Source: Camelus ferus (Eukaryota). Taken from it: a stretch of 64,000 bases of DNA. The position numbers and the translations under genes were made by a program. A model generated the notes under the pieces. That model did no database searches and had not been told where the DNA came from. It was given only the letters and a program-made list of their open reading frames with translations. Positions 12,708-26,000 of the stretch are shown piece after piece (positions within the stretch are counted from its first letter, which is position 1; every line of letters starts with the position of its first letter). The stretch is from NCBI RefSeq assembly GCF_009834535.1, contig NC_045697.1, forward strand, positions 113,524,001 to 113,588,000, given 5' to 3'.

Positions 12708-13715
12708 TGTGCTCTCCAATCTAAGTGAACCTACAAGGATTTCTTGAATATGTGTAAGCACATCCGACTGTCCTTTAGGATTGAATCACCACATTCTGTT
12801 GATTCTTATTTTGTGGTTGGCTTTATTCCTTTGATACCTATGTAAGTTTAAAAAGCTAAAGCTCTAATCTCTTATTAGAAACAATAATCAGTACATATAC
12901 GTAAACTAAAAAAAATATGCGCATCATGTTGTGTATATGTATTTACATGCAATATAATGTGGGTGTGCAGTCAAACTGTAATCATTCTACCTAATAAAAC
13001 TGAAAAACAAAGGCCAAGGGTTACTCAAAGCTGCCCTTCCTCTTCCTTATCTTTCTTTGCTTCCTTATCATTCCCCTCATCATCCTTATGTATAACGTGC
13101 GTGCTCCCAGCAAGCTTTGTTAAGACATCAGTCAAAGAGCTAAGATGCACGGAACGGTGTGAGTCAATATGAGAAGGAGTCCTGTGTCCTTGTGAGCGTG
13201 TGGGAATCCAGAAGTAATATTTACAATAATCACACCACTGCATTGTGTGAATCACACCCAGTCACTTGTTATATCCCATTTTTAAATTTGCATGTGTATG
13301 GTAAATGGTAATGAAGGTCATAACTGAAGCATAGTGGTTGCTCCAGAAATTTCATGGGATTGGAAACCACTGGCAGTTGTTGCCAACTAGAAAACAAGAA
13401 ATGAACTTAATGACCAATGAAACAATCCGTACTCTAAACATACAAGGCAAAGAGGAATTCAAGTGAAAGAAATAACTTCAATATCACTTCCAAAGCTATT
13501 TTGAAAAGTTTGTAAAAGTGTTACTGAATTAGATGCGAGGTCACCCTCCTGGGGTCTTGGCTGAACCAAAGCCTCCTGATCAGTCAGGGAGCGCTTTCCC
13601 ACTCAGGTTCGTCCTGCCAGTGTTGAAGCTGAGGTTGGTGCAAACAAGACATGCTTTTATTCAATGAGCAGACGATAGAGAAGGGAATTTCATGCTCTGA
13701 AGTGAATTTCCACAC

Positions 13716-13933
13716 TGTTAAAAGTTGAACTAACGTGCATTACAATTTTGAATAATTTATTTGAGCAGACATGAATTTGAATCGGGTAACAGAAAATGGC
13801 TAGGAGCTCTCCATCAGCAGGAGATGAGGAAAAGGCTTTTGTACAATTGACCAGGAAGCAAAGCAAGGAAGTTATCTGATTGGCTTAATGGGTTGCTTTA
13901 TTCAAGAAGCCTAGCTGGCTGATGGATTTAACA
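13716..13933 (-). mobile_element. Short ERV1-type solo LTR
   Basis: Termini TGTTAA...TTAACA; flanks acac/gcac (4-bp TSD, 1 mismatch); AATAAA on the minus strand (tttattt); ctgattgg CCAAT box. Confidence 0.65.
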
Positions 13934-14799
13934 GCACCTGCCCACAGCCCTGGGGCAAGTGGCTCCCTGAGGCTAACCAGTCCATTTACATGAAAATGCA
14001 AAGCAGAAAGCACATTTATAAACACAAAGTACCATACCTACTACAAACATTCACACTTTGGGTTTTTAACAAATATTTATCAATTGCCAACAACACTCTC
14101 ACAATGTGTGCGCGGTATTTCACACGTTACTTATTGTAATAACTCACAGCAGATGGACGTGCCCTGTCGCCCCATCACATACTGCTCTTCCCTACTCTCT
14201 GGTTGTCAGAGCCCTTTTCCTGCTTTTTTTCTCATTTGCAATTCAAAGTTTTAAGAATTGTAGTGCTTATTTTTAGCTGCAAGGATTGAGGCTCAGAGAG
14301 GCATAAGGTCGTAGAACTATTACACGGAAAAATCAGAAAAATCTCAGCTTTTATGTAACCTAATTTAATGCACTTTACATATATCCCTAGAGAAAGATTA
14401 TGTAATTCTGCCTTTAAAAATAGTGTTGTCTTAGGCATCTCAGAGAATTTCTGAGGCTGGGGTTTATAATGTGAATCCCAAAAACTCGGGGTCGAGGACT
14501 GTCTTTCTGTTCCACGCGGTTGTTAAAAGAATTAAATAACATTTACTTGAAAGATTTCATAAAAATTAAAATGAAATAATTTTATTTTGTGTTATGTTTA
14601 TAGGTGCCTAACACAGGATTTTTTGCAGGCACAGCTGGTTGACTATTCCAGTTTTTATTTTCTACTTCTTTACTACTAGTAAAATCCTGTTCTTTAACTG
14701 TTTAAAGTAAGTACTACATTTGTCAAACCAAATTGCAGCTGAAAGTAGCCATGTTATTAACATCTAACCACAGGTTTAAAATAAAAATTTGAAATAAAA

Positions 14800-17240
14800 A
14801 AGCCATCTGCTGGGGAGGGAAGGGTAAAGCCCTTTCTCCCCAAGAATCCTGCACTGATGGAAAGCAGAGAGATGCAACAGTTGAGGGAGGAACAGGACAC
14901 TTGCTCCAACTTAAGGGCTCCTCCCAAAATAATTCACATACCCAAAGTAGAATTCAGCTGCCACGGGAGAAGGGTCAGTAGCAAGGAGCCCCGTTCTTGA
15001 GGCAAGAGCACATATGGGCTCTCTAAGTCTGTAGCTGGGGCAGAAGAACCAGGCAAGCTATCTGGTCCCAATCATGAGCTTTTCGTCAAGCTAGAAGCAA
15101 TAGTAATTGACCTCTGGGCTTATGTCAAACTTCTTCAACTGTGTCACACACACCTGCGGAAAGCTGAAGGTGGAGTAAAAACACTGACTAAAAACTCTCA
15201 GGATCCCAAGACCTGCGATAAGCACAAAGCAGCAACATCCCATCTCTGGAGCAATTTGATGTCCATGGTTCACGAAACTCAGCTCAGCCATTCACTAGAC
15301 TGACTCAACCACTCCCATTCACCAAATGTCAGAAAGAGGTGTGCCCATTTCCACGCATTAAAACTGCTTACCTCAATCTCTACTCTATTTATAGACAATG
15401 CCCAATATTTAATAAAAACTATGAGACACACCAAAACACATGAAAAAATTACCCATTGTCAAGAGGAAAAACAGTCAATAAAACCAGACATGGATTTGAC
15501 CTAGATATTGGAAATAGAGACTTTAACATAATTATGATTAACATATTATGGTTGAATTTTATAGATAAGAATTATTTCCAGCTACTTTAAAATAGTAGTA
15601 TATTCAACATACACAGTAGAATAAAAGTTAATGTTAAAATACACAAATACACGTTAAGCTGTTTTCAATAATGATACTAGTAGTAATAACATTGGAATCA
15701 CTGTTTTCAAATTGTATATATTATACATAAAACTATACATAAAATGTAGTTTTGGAGAATAATATAATGCCAAGTATTTGAAATATAAATATAAAATGAA
15801 TGGTATGTGGATAAGACAAGCAAGAATTTGTGTTAAAGTTATTGGGAACCACAAATGTAGGTGTAAGAGAAACTGGCTCAAAGAACTTAATAAAAACACT
15901 GTATTTTTTCAAATCCTAAACTAGGCTTGTCAATACTGGTAAACTCACAAAGTATGTTTTCTAAATAAGCCATCTGATCATAGTGGGCACCCCTCCTATA
16001 AATGACATTTTCCACTAAAGGGAAGTAGACAGCAGAAATATGTAACTTGAGATCTGTGAAAGAAAACATGTGAGATGAATTTGGCATATTTTACTGAATA
16101 TAAAAGTGAAAAGCAGAGACTATCGGGTCATATTAAAAGACACATTGAAGGGGCTCCCGGTAACAAATACAGGCCAATTTGAACATTAAAAAGAATGAAA
16201 CCTATGATAGAATGAAAGGCAACAAATATATGAAAAATCTTTGAATTCTTGATAATAGTAAATGAAAAACTGTAATATAACTTTGTTCTCATTTGGGTTT
16301 GATTTCAAACTGCTAAATGAAGGGAAGGCAACCTTATCTATATTTAGCTGTTCCACCTAGATCTACAAATTAAAATAACCTAATTTATTTGATGAGATAT
16401 GTTATTTTTTCTAGAGAATAATTTCAGAAACTAAGTACAGAAGGCCTCATATAACTGAATAGCACCAATTTGTAAGCCCTGATGAAACAGTAAATCAAGG
16501 CAATGATCTTCCGTGGCTGCCAATGCCTTTATGTGAAAGACTGCTGAGAACCCTGATAAATCCTAATGTTAGTGAGTGAGAGGTCATCAGAATCACATTT
16601 CACGTGATACTCTAAGATATATATGGTACCACGTTTATTATTCCAAAAAATTGAACCTGAATTTCATCTACCAAAAGTGTACCTGAAATATAGGACATCA
16701 CAAATGGGCGCCTTATGGGTGCAATTTGCAAAATCTGTAACGTGGGAAATTTTACAAAGCATTTGTTTAGCAAATGGAAAAGTTTTCTTTTTTTTTTTTT
16801 TTATAGAGGCAGAGCCTATAGATTGAATACATCATAAGCATATTCATCACATGTAAAGTGTGGAGCTTGTTTTTATTCTGAATTGAACACACCAACTGTA
16901 AAAGTATAATAAAACCAAGGGAATCTGAACAGTAACTGAATGTTTTGTAACTTTAAGTGATTATTGCTAATTTTTACTTTAGTTGTGATAATGTATTCTT
17001 TTTATGTTTAAAGGAAAGTATGCTTATGTTTTACTAAAGTATTTACATATTAGAAGTTATGATGTATGCTTTTCTTTTAAAATATTCTATAGGTGTTAGG
17101 TTGTGGGGAGGGAGTGGTTGGATACATGCAGAATAAAATACAATGGCCATTAGTTGTTTAAGCCCAGTAATGGGTGCATGGTTACTATTTTCTCTTTATT
17201 ATGTATTTGAAATTTTTCTTAATGAAAATTAAATCAAACA
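14800..17240 (+). mobile_element. Old L1 fragments (5'/ORF1-proximal piece, then L1MC-like 3' UTR)
   Basis: aagaggaaaaacagtcaata...gactttaacataattatgattaac; the 3' end gtaatgggtgcatggttactattttctc...gtatttgaaattttt is L1MC4/5-like. Confidence 0.7.
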
Positions 17241-17299
17241 AACAAAAATTTAAAAAGCTGAAAATACATGTTTGCATTTTTAAGTCATGTTTTAAATTA

Positions 17300-17970
17300 T
17301 TCGTGGGTTGAATAGTTGTAACTAAATGTAAAGGCAAATATTAACATAAAAACAGGTATGGTATTAGTACATTAAAGAAATTTCATAGTCATACATGCTT
17401 ACAATTAACAAATAGAAAAAAATCAATGTTTAATAAACTAAAATTCCAACTGCATTAGTTGGAAATGTAATAAAAGAATAAACTCAAACAACGTGGAGGA
17501 CAATGAGAGTAAATACAAAATGTAAATTAAGGAAATGGAAATCAAGGATGCGATGGATGTCCACAGTATGTAAGCAGAAACGTCTCAGTAGATGATTACA
17601 ATTCCTTGGTAAAATAGGAACAGAAGGATATTTCTTTAATTTGATAGAGTGAATCAACCAAAAACCTTAATCTTAATATGAAACATCACATGCGGTCTCT
17701 TTAAAATCAGAAACTAGGCAAAGGTACTTAATATCACTGTTTCCAGACACTACTGAGCTGAAAGGTCATAGCTATGTCCACAATAAAGACAATTAAATCA
17801 ATCAGAAAGAATAAGCATTTGAAAGGAAGAAACTATATTCTCATTATTTGCAGATAATATGCTTATCTCCAAAGAAAACCCCGAACAGTAGACAGAAAAG
17901 ATATTTGAATTAATAACAGAGCTTAGAAAGATACCTACACATAAATCAATATGGAAGAAATGTGCTTACT
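17300..17970 (+). mobile_element. Old L1 ORF2 (reverse transcriptase) relic
   Basis: ctcattatttgcagataatatgcttatc = SLFADNMLI (RT F/YADD motif) followed by gaaaacccc (ENP). Confidence 0.8.
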
Positions 17971-18127
17971 GAAATTCACTGACTTGGAACTGTGGGGTTC
18001 ATAGGTTTGTGCAATGACCCAGAAATGAAAACGAGGTTTACTAGCTTTGCCCAGTCTGCATGAGGTCAGATACTGAAGCTGACCTTGGTTCACACCGGAT
18101 GCAGCGCTCACCAACTAACCTTTAAGG

Positions 18128-18305
18128 CAGGAGTTGTCCATTTCGGCTGCGCATTAAAATCACGTGGGGAGGTTTCAAAGCTTCTGCTGCCTAGTAGGTA
18201 CCTCCTCCAGAAATGCTGATTTAATTGTTCTCTTTTATGGCAGGGGCATCATGATTTTCAAAGTTCTCAGTAAATTCTATCACACAGTTAAATTGAGAAC
18301 TACTT
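18128..18305. mobile_element. MER5A/B hAT-Charlie DNA transposon
   Basis: ggctgcgcattaaaatcac...ctgatttaattg...ttgagaactact. Confidence 0.75.
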
Positions 18306-18509
18306 TGAAAGTGGGGACGTAAAGGATTTAACTATCTATCCTCTCACCCTCGGACTTGTGCCTCCGTTTCTGGGCTTGTCATGCCTGCCTTCAAGCTATC
18401 CTCCAAGGATTTCATGTACAATGACTCAATTTACCTGAGTTGTACCAGGGTCCAGGCTTAATGTTTGGCATATTTTATCTACGATGTTGAAGCTTACTTG
18501 CCCCTTAGT

Positions 18510-18655
18510 GCAGCATTTCCTCCCAAATCCCTGATAGTATTTATTAAAAATACAAATTTCTAGACCATTTCCCAGGCTCTGAAGGATGAAGGGGTTTGGA
18601 CTTTAAACAAAAGCCCAAATTATCCTTATAATCAAGTCAGCTAAAGAAATCCTGC
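18510..18655. mobile_element. MER5-like fragment
   Basis: ttattaaaaatacaaatttctagacc...tttaaacaaaagcccaaattatccttataatca. Confidence 0.5.
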
Positions 18656-20422
18656 ACAAATGAAGCCATTAACTTTATTAAAGTGTATTTTATATTTTAT
18701 CTGCTTTATAGATAAAAGACCAAAATAAAGCTTTTGTTTTCCATGATCAGGAAGATATTTGTTAGTAAATAGAAAGAACTCCTGACCAGTTGGAAAGCCC
18801 ACCAAATGTGTGGGTCCTTACCGACAGGCTGAGAAAGAATTCTCCACAAGGGCAGAGGGACAATGTGAAAGGCAGCTTAATCGTTCCAAAGAGGAAAAGA
18901 AGAAAGCTGTCAGCTTAGCGGGATGTAGGGTTTTTTACTGATGGGTTTTGCCAACATTATCTTCATTCTGGTGTTACCAGTCACCTTCTGTTATGGGCTC
19001 TTTCCTCCCATGGAACTCAGCCCTAAAACAGATACTTCAGAGGGGAAAGGAACAAGGAAAGAGGTACCGGGGTGTGTCCTTGGGACTGATACAGAGATTG
19101 TGGAACATAAAACGTCCAGTCATGTGGCAGTGTCCTTGGAATCACAGAGCCAGCTGTGGGATAAGAGACAATGTCCTGTTTTTCAGCAGCCTGGCATTGT
19201 CTACCCCTTGTTGAGAACTAGCCAGGGTCAGGAAGCCTGTCTAATCACCTCTCTCCTATGTATATTTACTCCAAAAGATACATAAGGACATAGAAGCATC
19301 TTGAACATATTATAGCCTGCTTCACTGGACAAAGAAGGACACGGCATTACCATCATGGCTTTGGTAAACAATGGTTTTCAATCATGAGTTTTAGAAAGGT
19401 TATTATATTCAAGCAAAATGCCCAGGAAACAGTTTACTTTAAATCACTTCTATACATGATATTTTGGGATAAATTATAACCTTAGCAACAGGAAGCATCA
19501 AACGGCTGTGACCTACTTAAACATTTTAAGAGTTTACGGTTGACTGGGTTTGACTATAGAAGAAGACAGCCAACTGCTGTTAGAGCAAGTGATTATTCCA
19601 ACTCTCCTGATTGAAAGTTCAGTTGCGTTGAACTGTTTTCAGTCTGGACGGCCGATAGACCATTAATGAAACTCACGAATGTATAAGCAAGTGAACGGGA
19701 ACTCACATTTCAAAGCATTGGGTTTGAGATGGCTTCATTTTGACTAGATTTTGTGATGCCTTGTATGCTGGAGAAATGGCCACATGGACGTTTTAGCCAA
19801 CATGTAAATCTCAAGTTGTGCGAAAACACCTGACAACAATCTTCAGAGCACCGGATAGACTAAAAGATGTAGTGAGTTTCAAGTATAGTGCAATCTATCT
19901 GGCCTCTTTGAAATAGCATATCACAAAAATAGATGCTTTGAATGGGATGAAAATATCATCAGAGATGTCCAAGATTAATACCGCTTTTTTCAGAGTTAAA
20001 TGTCTACGTATAGGGTAATATGAGGGTCATTCATTCTGACAAAATGATTCTTTAGGATACAATATGAAACAAATCTAATTCTCTCATTCATGAAACTATT
20101 AATGGCTCCAGTAGGAATTAAATGCATTGGGCAAGAGAAAGTTGATCAATTAGAGCCAAAGAAATATTTTGCCAACCTTTTAAATAGGTGTTTTTAATAT
20201 TGGAAAAGAAGTTGACACATTGAAACAAAACAGCCATGAAGCCAGGAGAAATAGAGTCTTGTTTTGATTTTCATCTTTGATGGCAATGCTTTTAAGTTTC
20301 TGATTTTTTTATTTCATAGTATCATGGACCTCAGGGATTTTTCAGAGTAAAACAAGATATAAATATTTATATCTTGATAAGTTAGGAAAATGTTCCCGTT
20401 ATTTTTCTATGAAATTTTGTTT

Positions 20423-20466
<44 letters not shown>

Positions 20467-20712
20467 TATTATTATTATACATTATATATAATATATATAC
20501 TGTATATAATATATGAAAATATTATATATGGAAATATATGTGCATATCAGGCTGAAGATTAAATATGTATAAATATATATTTTATATATAGACATATATA
20601 CATATATAAATGGAAATATTATATATGGAAATATATATGTGTATCAGGCTGAAGATTAAATATATGTAAAATATATTTTATATATATACACACACACACA
20701 CACGTGTGTATA
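20423..20712. repeat. (TG)n(TA)n microsatellite plus ~97-bp AT-rich tandem duplication ending in (CA)n
   Basis: tatcaggctgaagattaaatat occurs at 20545 and 20642. Confidence 0.9.
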
Positions 20713-21419
20713 CATTGAGAGCAAAAAGCTTCTCAATGACTATTTGCTCCCATATGTACATTGGTTCTCCTTATGTAGAATATTCCGTTCACTCACATTT
20801 TGAACTTGATGCTCTAATTAATAGAAAAATATGATATTAATTTATTTGAATGAACATTTATCACTGCTGTTTTTAGGGAAGATATATGGCAGTATTACTA
20901 CAAAAATCGCAACATGTTACAAAGCCCCTCTTTTTTTGTTTTAGCAAAATGTATCTTTAAATTAGAATAAGACAGGATGATTTATTATAATACCAGAGGA
21001 CATAATGCCTTACCAGTTCTTTCATTTTTTATCTCACATTACAATTTTAAATGTATAGGAGGCAATTTAATTTCTGAAATAAGGAGATAAGAGGAGAGAA
21101 TGACTGCAAACTACTCAGCTTCATGTAATAGTTATTAGTTGTTTGTCATGGGAATGAAAGAACAATGTAGGCAAAACACAAGATAGGCAGTCAGATCAAG
21201 GCTAATTGCCTTGGTCTAATTCACAGTCCCTGACTTGACTTAGCTAACTGCTGGTTTCCAAGTCTGTATTTGTCACTAGGGGAACCCTGTGACATTCTGA
21301 AGCTAGATCCATTCATATATCTTGCTACAAGTGAAAAACAACCACCACAACAAAAACAAACAAACAAAAACCTTCACACCCTACAACTGGTATCTTAGCA
21401 TTCTCATTTATGGACTAAG

Positions 21420-21700
21420 AATGTTCCTGGAAAAAAGGAGATGGATTGATAGGAAAAGGAGCAGATATAAGGATTAATATTCTGTTAAAGAACAGAAAAC
21501 TGTCAGAGTTAACAGATGAGGACTGTGTTGCAATTGAGAAAAAATATGCAATGGACAAATTACAAAAAATTATGAAGAGTAATGACAATATACTTGATGT
21601 GACAATAGATGCCAAATAAAGAGTAGTTAAAGCAAGGTGTATTCATTTATTTAAAAAGAAGATGAAACATAATCAAAAATTCACTCATTTTCTTCAAGGA
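21420..21700 (+). mobile_element. Probable ancient RTE-clade LINE relic (RT C-terminal region)
   Basis: Hand translation AMDKLQKIMKSND..VTIDAK*RVVKA resembles RTE/BovB AMTNLDSILKSRDITLPTKVRLVKA; later KIHSF resembles RIDAF. Confidence 0.5.
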
Positions 21701-22569
21701 ATGGATGCTGATTCTGACTTTACAGGAGCACATTCAGAAGTCTCTGGCTGCAGCATCTCAGGCCGTTCTAGTGAGATCAACATAAATTACTAAAATAATT
21801 TTGATGCCACAGGCTGATTAGCTGGGTGTTAAAAATTACATCTGAGAATAAATTTGCTCAGTTCATCAGGTATTATGCTATAAATATGATAGACAGTGAT
21901 TATTAATCTTTACAAAGTTTAAGAGAGGGACAAGAAAACAGAATAGCTTGAAGGGCTTAACACAAAAAGAATAGTTCTGAGTATTTTGGTATTACAGCAT
22001 AGTCTGTGATCATCAGAACAAATGCTTCTATCATCTTTATCCCAGGAATAAGCTTGAGTGTAGGAACTGAAAGACAATATTTTCTTTGTATATATCTAGC
22101 AATAAATTTTCACGGGTGTCCTGAACCAGTTCAGTTGCCTAGGATATTTTTTTTTATTGATTGGCAAATCATCTGACTTCAATGACCAAACTTTATTGAT
22201 TTACCTGGAAGCCCAGAAAAGATTTTATTTGATCAGAAATATTCATTGATATGCTTTTTTTGCAATCATTTTTACTCCAAAATTTGAGAATTTTTCTTAT
22301 ATTTTTATTATTATACTAAAAATCTTAATATACTGTTTTCTTAAGTAAAAACTTAAGTTGTTGCATTCAGGAAACTATAATACTATATTAGGACCATTAG
22401 AAGAACCTAAATAAATAAAAATGCAAGGGGAACATAAACCCAAGAAGCCTGTCCCAGTAAAATCTTTCACTGAGAAAATGAGCTGAAACTCAAGGAAAAA
22501 AGTACTTTCCTTAATTAAAAACATATCTTTAATGTTAGAATGAACCAGGAACCTATTGATTTACTGATT

Positions 22570-22940
22570 AGAAACAAGGCTGAAGATCAAAGAAAAAAAA
22601 TCAAACCTTATTTTATTTCCATCTTCTAAATAAAAGAGAATTTCTCTTCAAACCTAGAGATAGAGTACAAAGAATTCAAGGAAAGAGCTGCTGTCTGAAA
22701 GGTGAAGAGTCATTAGAAAAGAGCACGGTTGCTTTTAAAAATTGATTCACCTTCAAGGCTTGTTCAATTTATATTACATGGTACTGGAATAATTTGCAGA
22801 CATTGGTCAATGCCGAGCATCCCTGAGAGCTCAGGGAAGAAAAAGAGGTTCTAAAAAACAGGCAATTCATTATCCTGATTTTTAAATAACATTATGGATG
22901 GGATTTTCAAAATTTTGGACAAATGAACTGGATGTAAACT
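22570..22940 (+). mobile_element. CR1/L3 LINE ORF2 relic
   Basis: ttacatggtactggaataatttgcagac, gaggttctaaaaaac and attatcctgatttttaaa are collinear with CR1 LHPRVLKELAD..GEVPEDW..VVPIFKK. Confidence 0.65.
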
Positions 22941-23079
22941 TTTTCCTTTTTTATTGTTAAATTCTTCTAGTTTGGATTATGTTCTGGTTTTGCATTCTTT
23001 TCAGAATATTTTTCCTATATTCCAGGCACAACACAGTATTTTTGTTTTTTAAAACCAAATATATGTTGACTCACATTGC

Positions 23080-26000
23080 TATGCTTGTTTGTAAATTATT
23101 TGTTAAGGAACAACTTGCTTAGAAAAAAGTATACAAATAAATTGTATAGCTTGATCAATTTTTGACTCTATTTAGACATGTAAGCAAAACTAGGACAATA
23201 AACACTGTTCTTATCTCCCTACCCTAGAAGTACTTCCTTCTAGTTTCTTTTCTTCCCCTAAAAGTCACCGCTATGACATCATCTAAAACCAAAGACAAAT
23301 TTCAGTTATTTTTGAACCTTATATAAATGTAATACGGCTTCTTTTGTGCCTGGCCTTTATTATTCAAAGCTTCAGTTATGCGGTTCATCCATAGTGGTGT
23401 AGGAAATTGTAGTCTAAAAATTTTTCTTGCTGCATCACATGCAACATTTGAACACATCACCATTTACATATCTATTCTCTGTCGTTGGACAGTTGGGAAG
23501 TTTAAAACTTGGCGCTGTTATGTGTAGTTCTGCTATAAAACGTCTAGCCTAGCACTGAGCACCTGCTGAGTGTGTAAATGCCTTTTTGATGATTGATCAC
23601 CTAGAATTACTGGGTGATAAAGTGCACATGACTCCTCATTAGACAGTGCTAAACACATAACCAGAGCACTCGTGCTCTCCCTAGCACAGTGCGAGAGTTT
23701 AACCCTTGCCAACACTTTCCTCTAGTACAGGATTTTTTAACTTTAGCCATTTTCTGATGGGGAGTTAGGTAGTGGTATTTTATTGTGGTTTATTTTTTAT
23801 TTCTCTGAGGTCTAATGAAGGTGAGCAACTTTTTAATTGTTTGTTGTCCATTTGGATATACATTATTATAAAGATCCAGTGCAAGTCTGTTCATTTTTCT
23901 AATGAGTTTTCTGCTTTTTTTCTTATTGAGTCATATGATTTATTTGTACATTTTCTATTGAACCCATAGAAAAAATATTAGGGAGAGTTACCCATCATAC
24001 TGAACCTTCCAATTCATGGACACAGTATAATCCCTTTACATATTTAGATTATTTAAATTTTCTCACCAATGCTTCATAGTTCTCAGTGTAGAAGCCTTGA
24101 ATATTTTCATCAGTTTTATTTTGACATATTTGATGTTTCGATGCTATTGAAATTGACAGTTTTATGAATTTCCTGTTGTACTTGTTGTTGGAATGTAGAA
24201 ATTCATTTATTTTTATATATTATCTTGTATGCTAACTATGTATCCAGAGATTTTGCATAAGTCTCTTAGCAATTCTAATAGTTTTTCCACAGATTTCTTT
24301 GGATTTTGTAAAGAAAAAATTATTTTATATGTAAACAATGACAATTTTATTACTTCTTTTCTTATCCTTATGCAGTTTACTTACATTTCTTACCTCATTG
24401 CAGGTATCAAAATCTCCAAAACAATGTTGAATCTAATTGATGAAGAGAATATTCTTATCTCATTCCCAAAATCCAGGGGCAATATTGTATATTTCACAAT
24501 TAAGGGTGATGGTAGTCTTTTTGTAGTCATTATTTTCATTTTTAGTTTGCTATGATTTTTTTTTTTTTTTGATGAATGTCAGTTGAATGTGATCAAATCT
24601 TTCCTGGATCCCTAGATATGAGCATTTGATTTTTCTCCTTCTATTTTTGTTAATCTGCTCAATTCAATTATTAACAGATTTATTGAGATATATTTCACAC
24701 ACAAGTGCACAGTTGATTGGTTTTCAATATTTTCAGGGAGGTGTGAATCATGATCACAATTTTAAATTTCCATCACCTCAAAAGGATACCTCTCATGCAT
24801 TTGCAGTCACTCTCCACTCCCTGCTCCCCACAACCCTTCATGCCCTAGCAATCATTGAAATACTGTTCCTACAGATTTGCCTATTTTGGACCTTTCATAT
24901 AGATAGAATCATACAATATGCGTTCTTCATAACTAGCTTCTTCCCCTTAGCATAATATTTTTAAGGTTGATCCATGTTGTAGCATGGATCAACACTTCAT
25001 TTTTAATACTGAATCATGTTTCATTACAGGAATACATCACACTTTGCTCATCCATCAGCTGGTGGGCCTTTGGCTTGTGTCCACTTTTTAGCATTTCTGA
25101 AATTCTAGAAATATTTGCATACAAATTTTTTGTGTGGATGTGTGTTTTTATTTCTTTCACGTATAGATCTAGAAATTGCTTTGTCTTATGGTAACCGTAC
25201 GTTTAACATTTTGGGAACTGCCAAACTGTTCTCCCAGGTGACCGTATCATGTTAAATTCCTACATGGGATGGGTAAGGGTCCCAAAGTCTCCATATCCTT
25301 GTCAGTATTTGATGATATCTGTCATTTTTGTTACAGCCAGCCTAGTGGCTAAGAAGTGGTGTCTTAGTGTGATTTTGATTTGCGTTTCCCTAATGGTTAA
25401 TGGTGCTGGACTTCTTTTCATGTGCTTATTGTGGTTTTTATATCTTTTTAAAATAAGGTCAACTGGATCATTTATTCACTTTTTAATTGGGTTTTGCCTT
25501 TTTGTTTTTGAGTGATCAGGGCTCTCTGTATAATCTGGATACAATCTTTTCTCCAGTATGTGACTTGAGAATATTTTCTGTTATTCCATGGGTTGTATTT
25601 TCAGATTTTGATAGTTCCTTTTGATATGCAAAGTTTAACTTTGATAAAATCCAATTCATTTCTTTTTATTTTGGTTGCTTTGTATTTTTGTGTGTGTGTG
25701 TCATATCTAAGAAGGCCCTGCCTAACCCAGGGGTAGGAAGGATGACACCTACAATACAGTGTCTGCTGAAGAATGCTTCATTTGCACTTTTACTTCTTTG
25801 CTCAGATTTATTCCTAACTCCTTTGTGTTGGTGCTATTGTAAACAGAGTTTTATTAATTTTATTTTCAGATTGTTCTTTGCTAGAACATAGAAATATATG
25901 TAATGGATATTTGTGTATTACTCTTGTATCCTACAACTTGGCTTAACTCATTTATTAACTCTAATAATTTTTTGTGACTGTGGTTTTCTATGTATAATAT

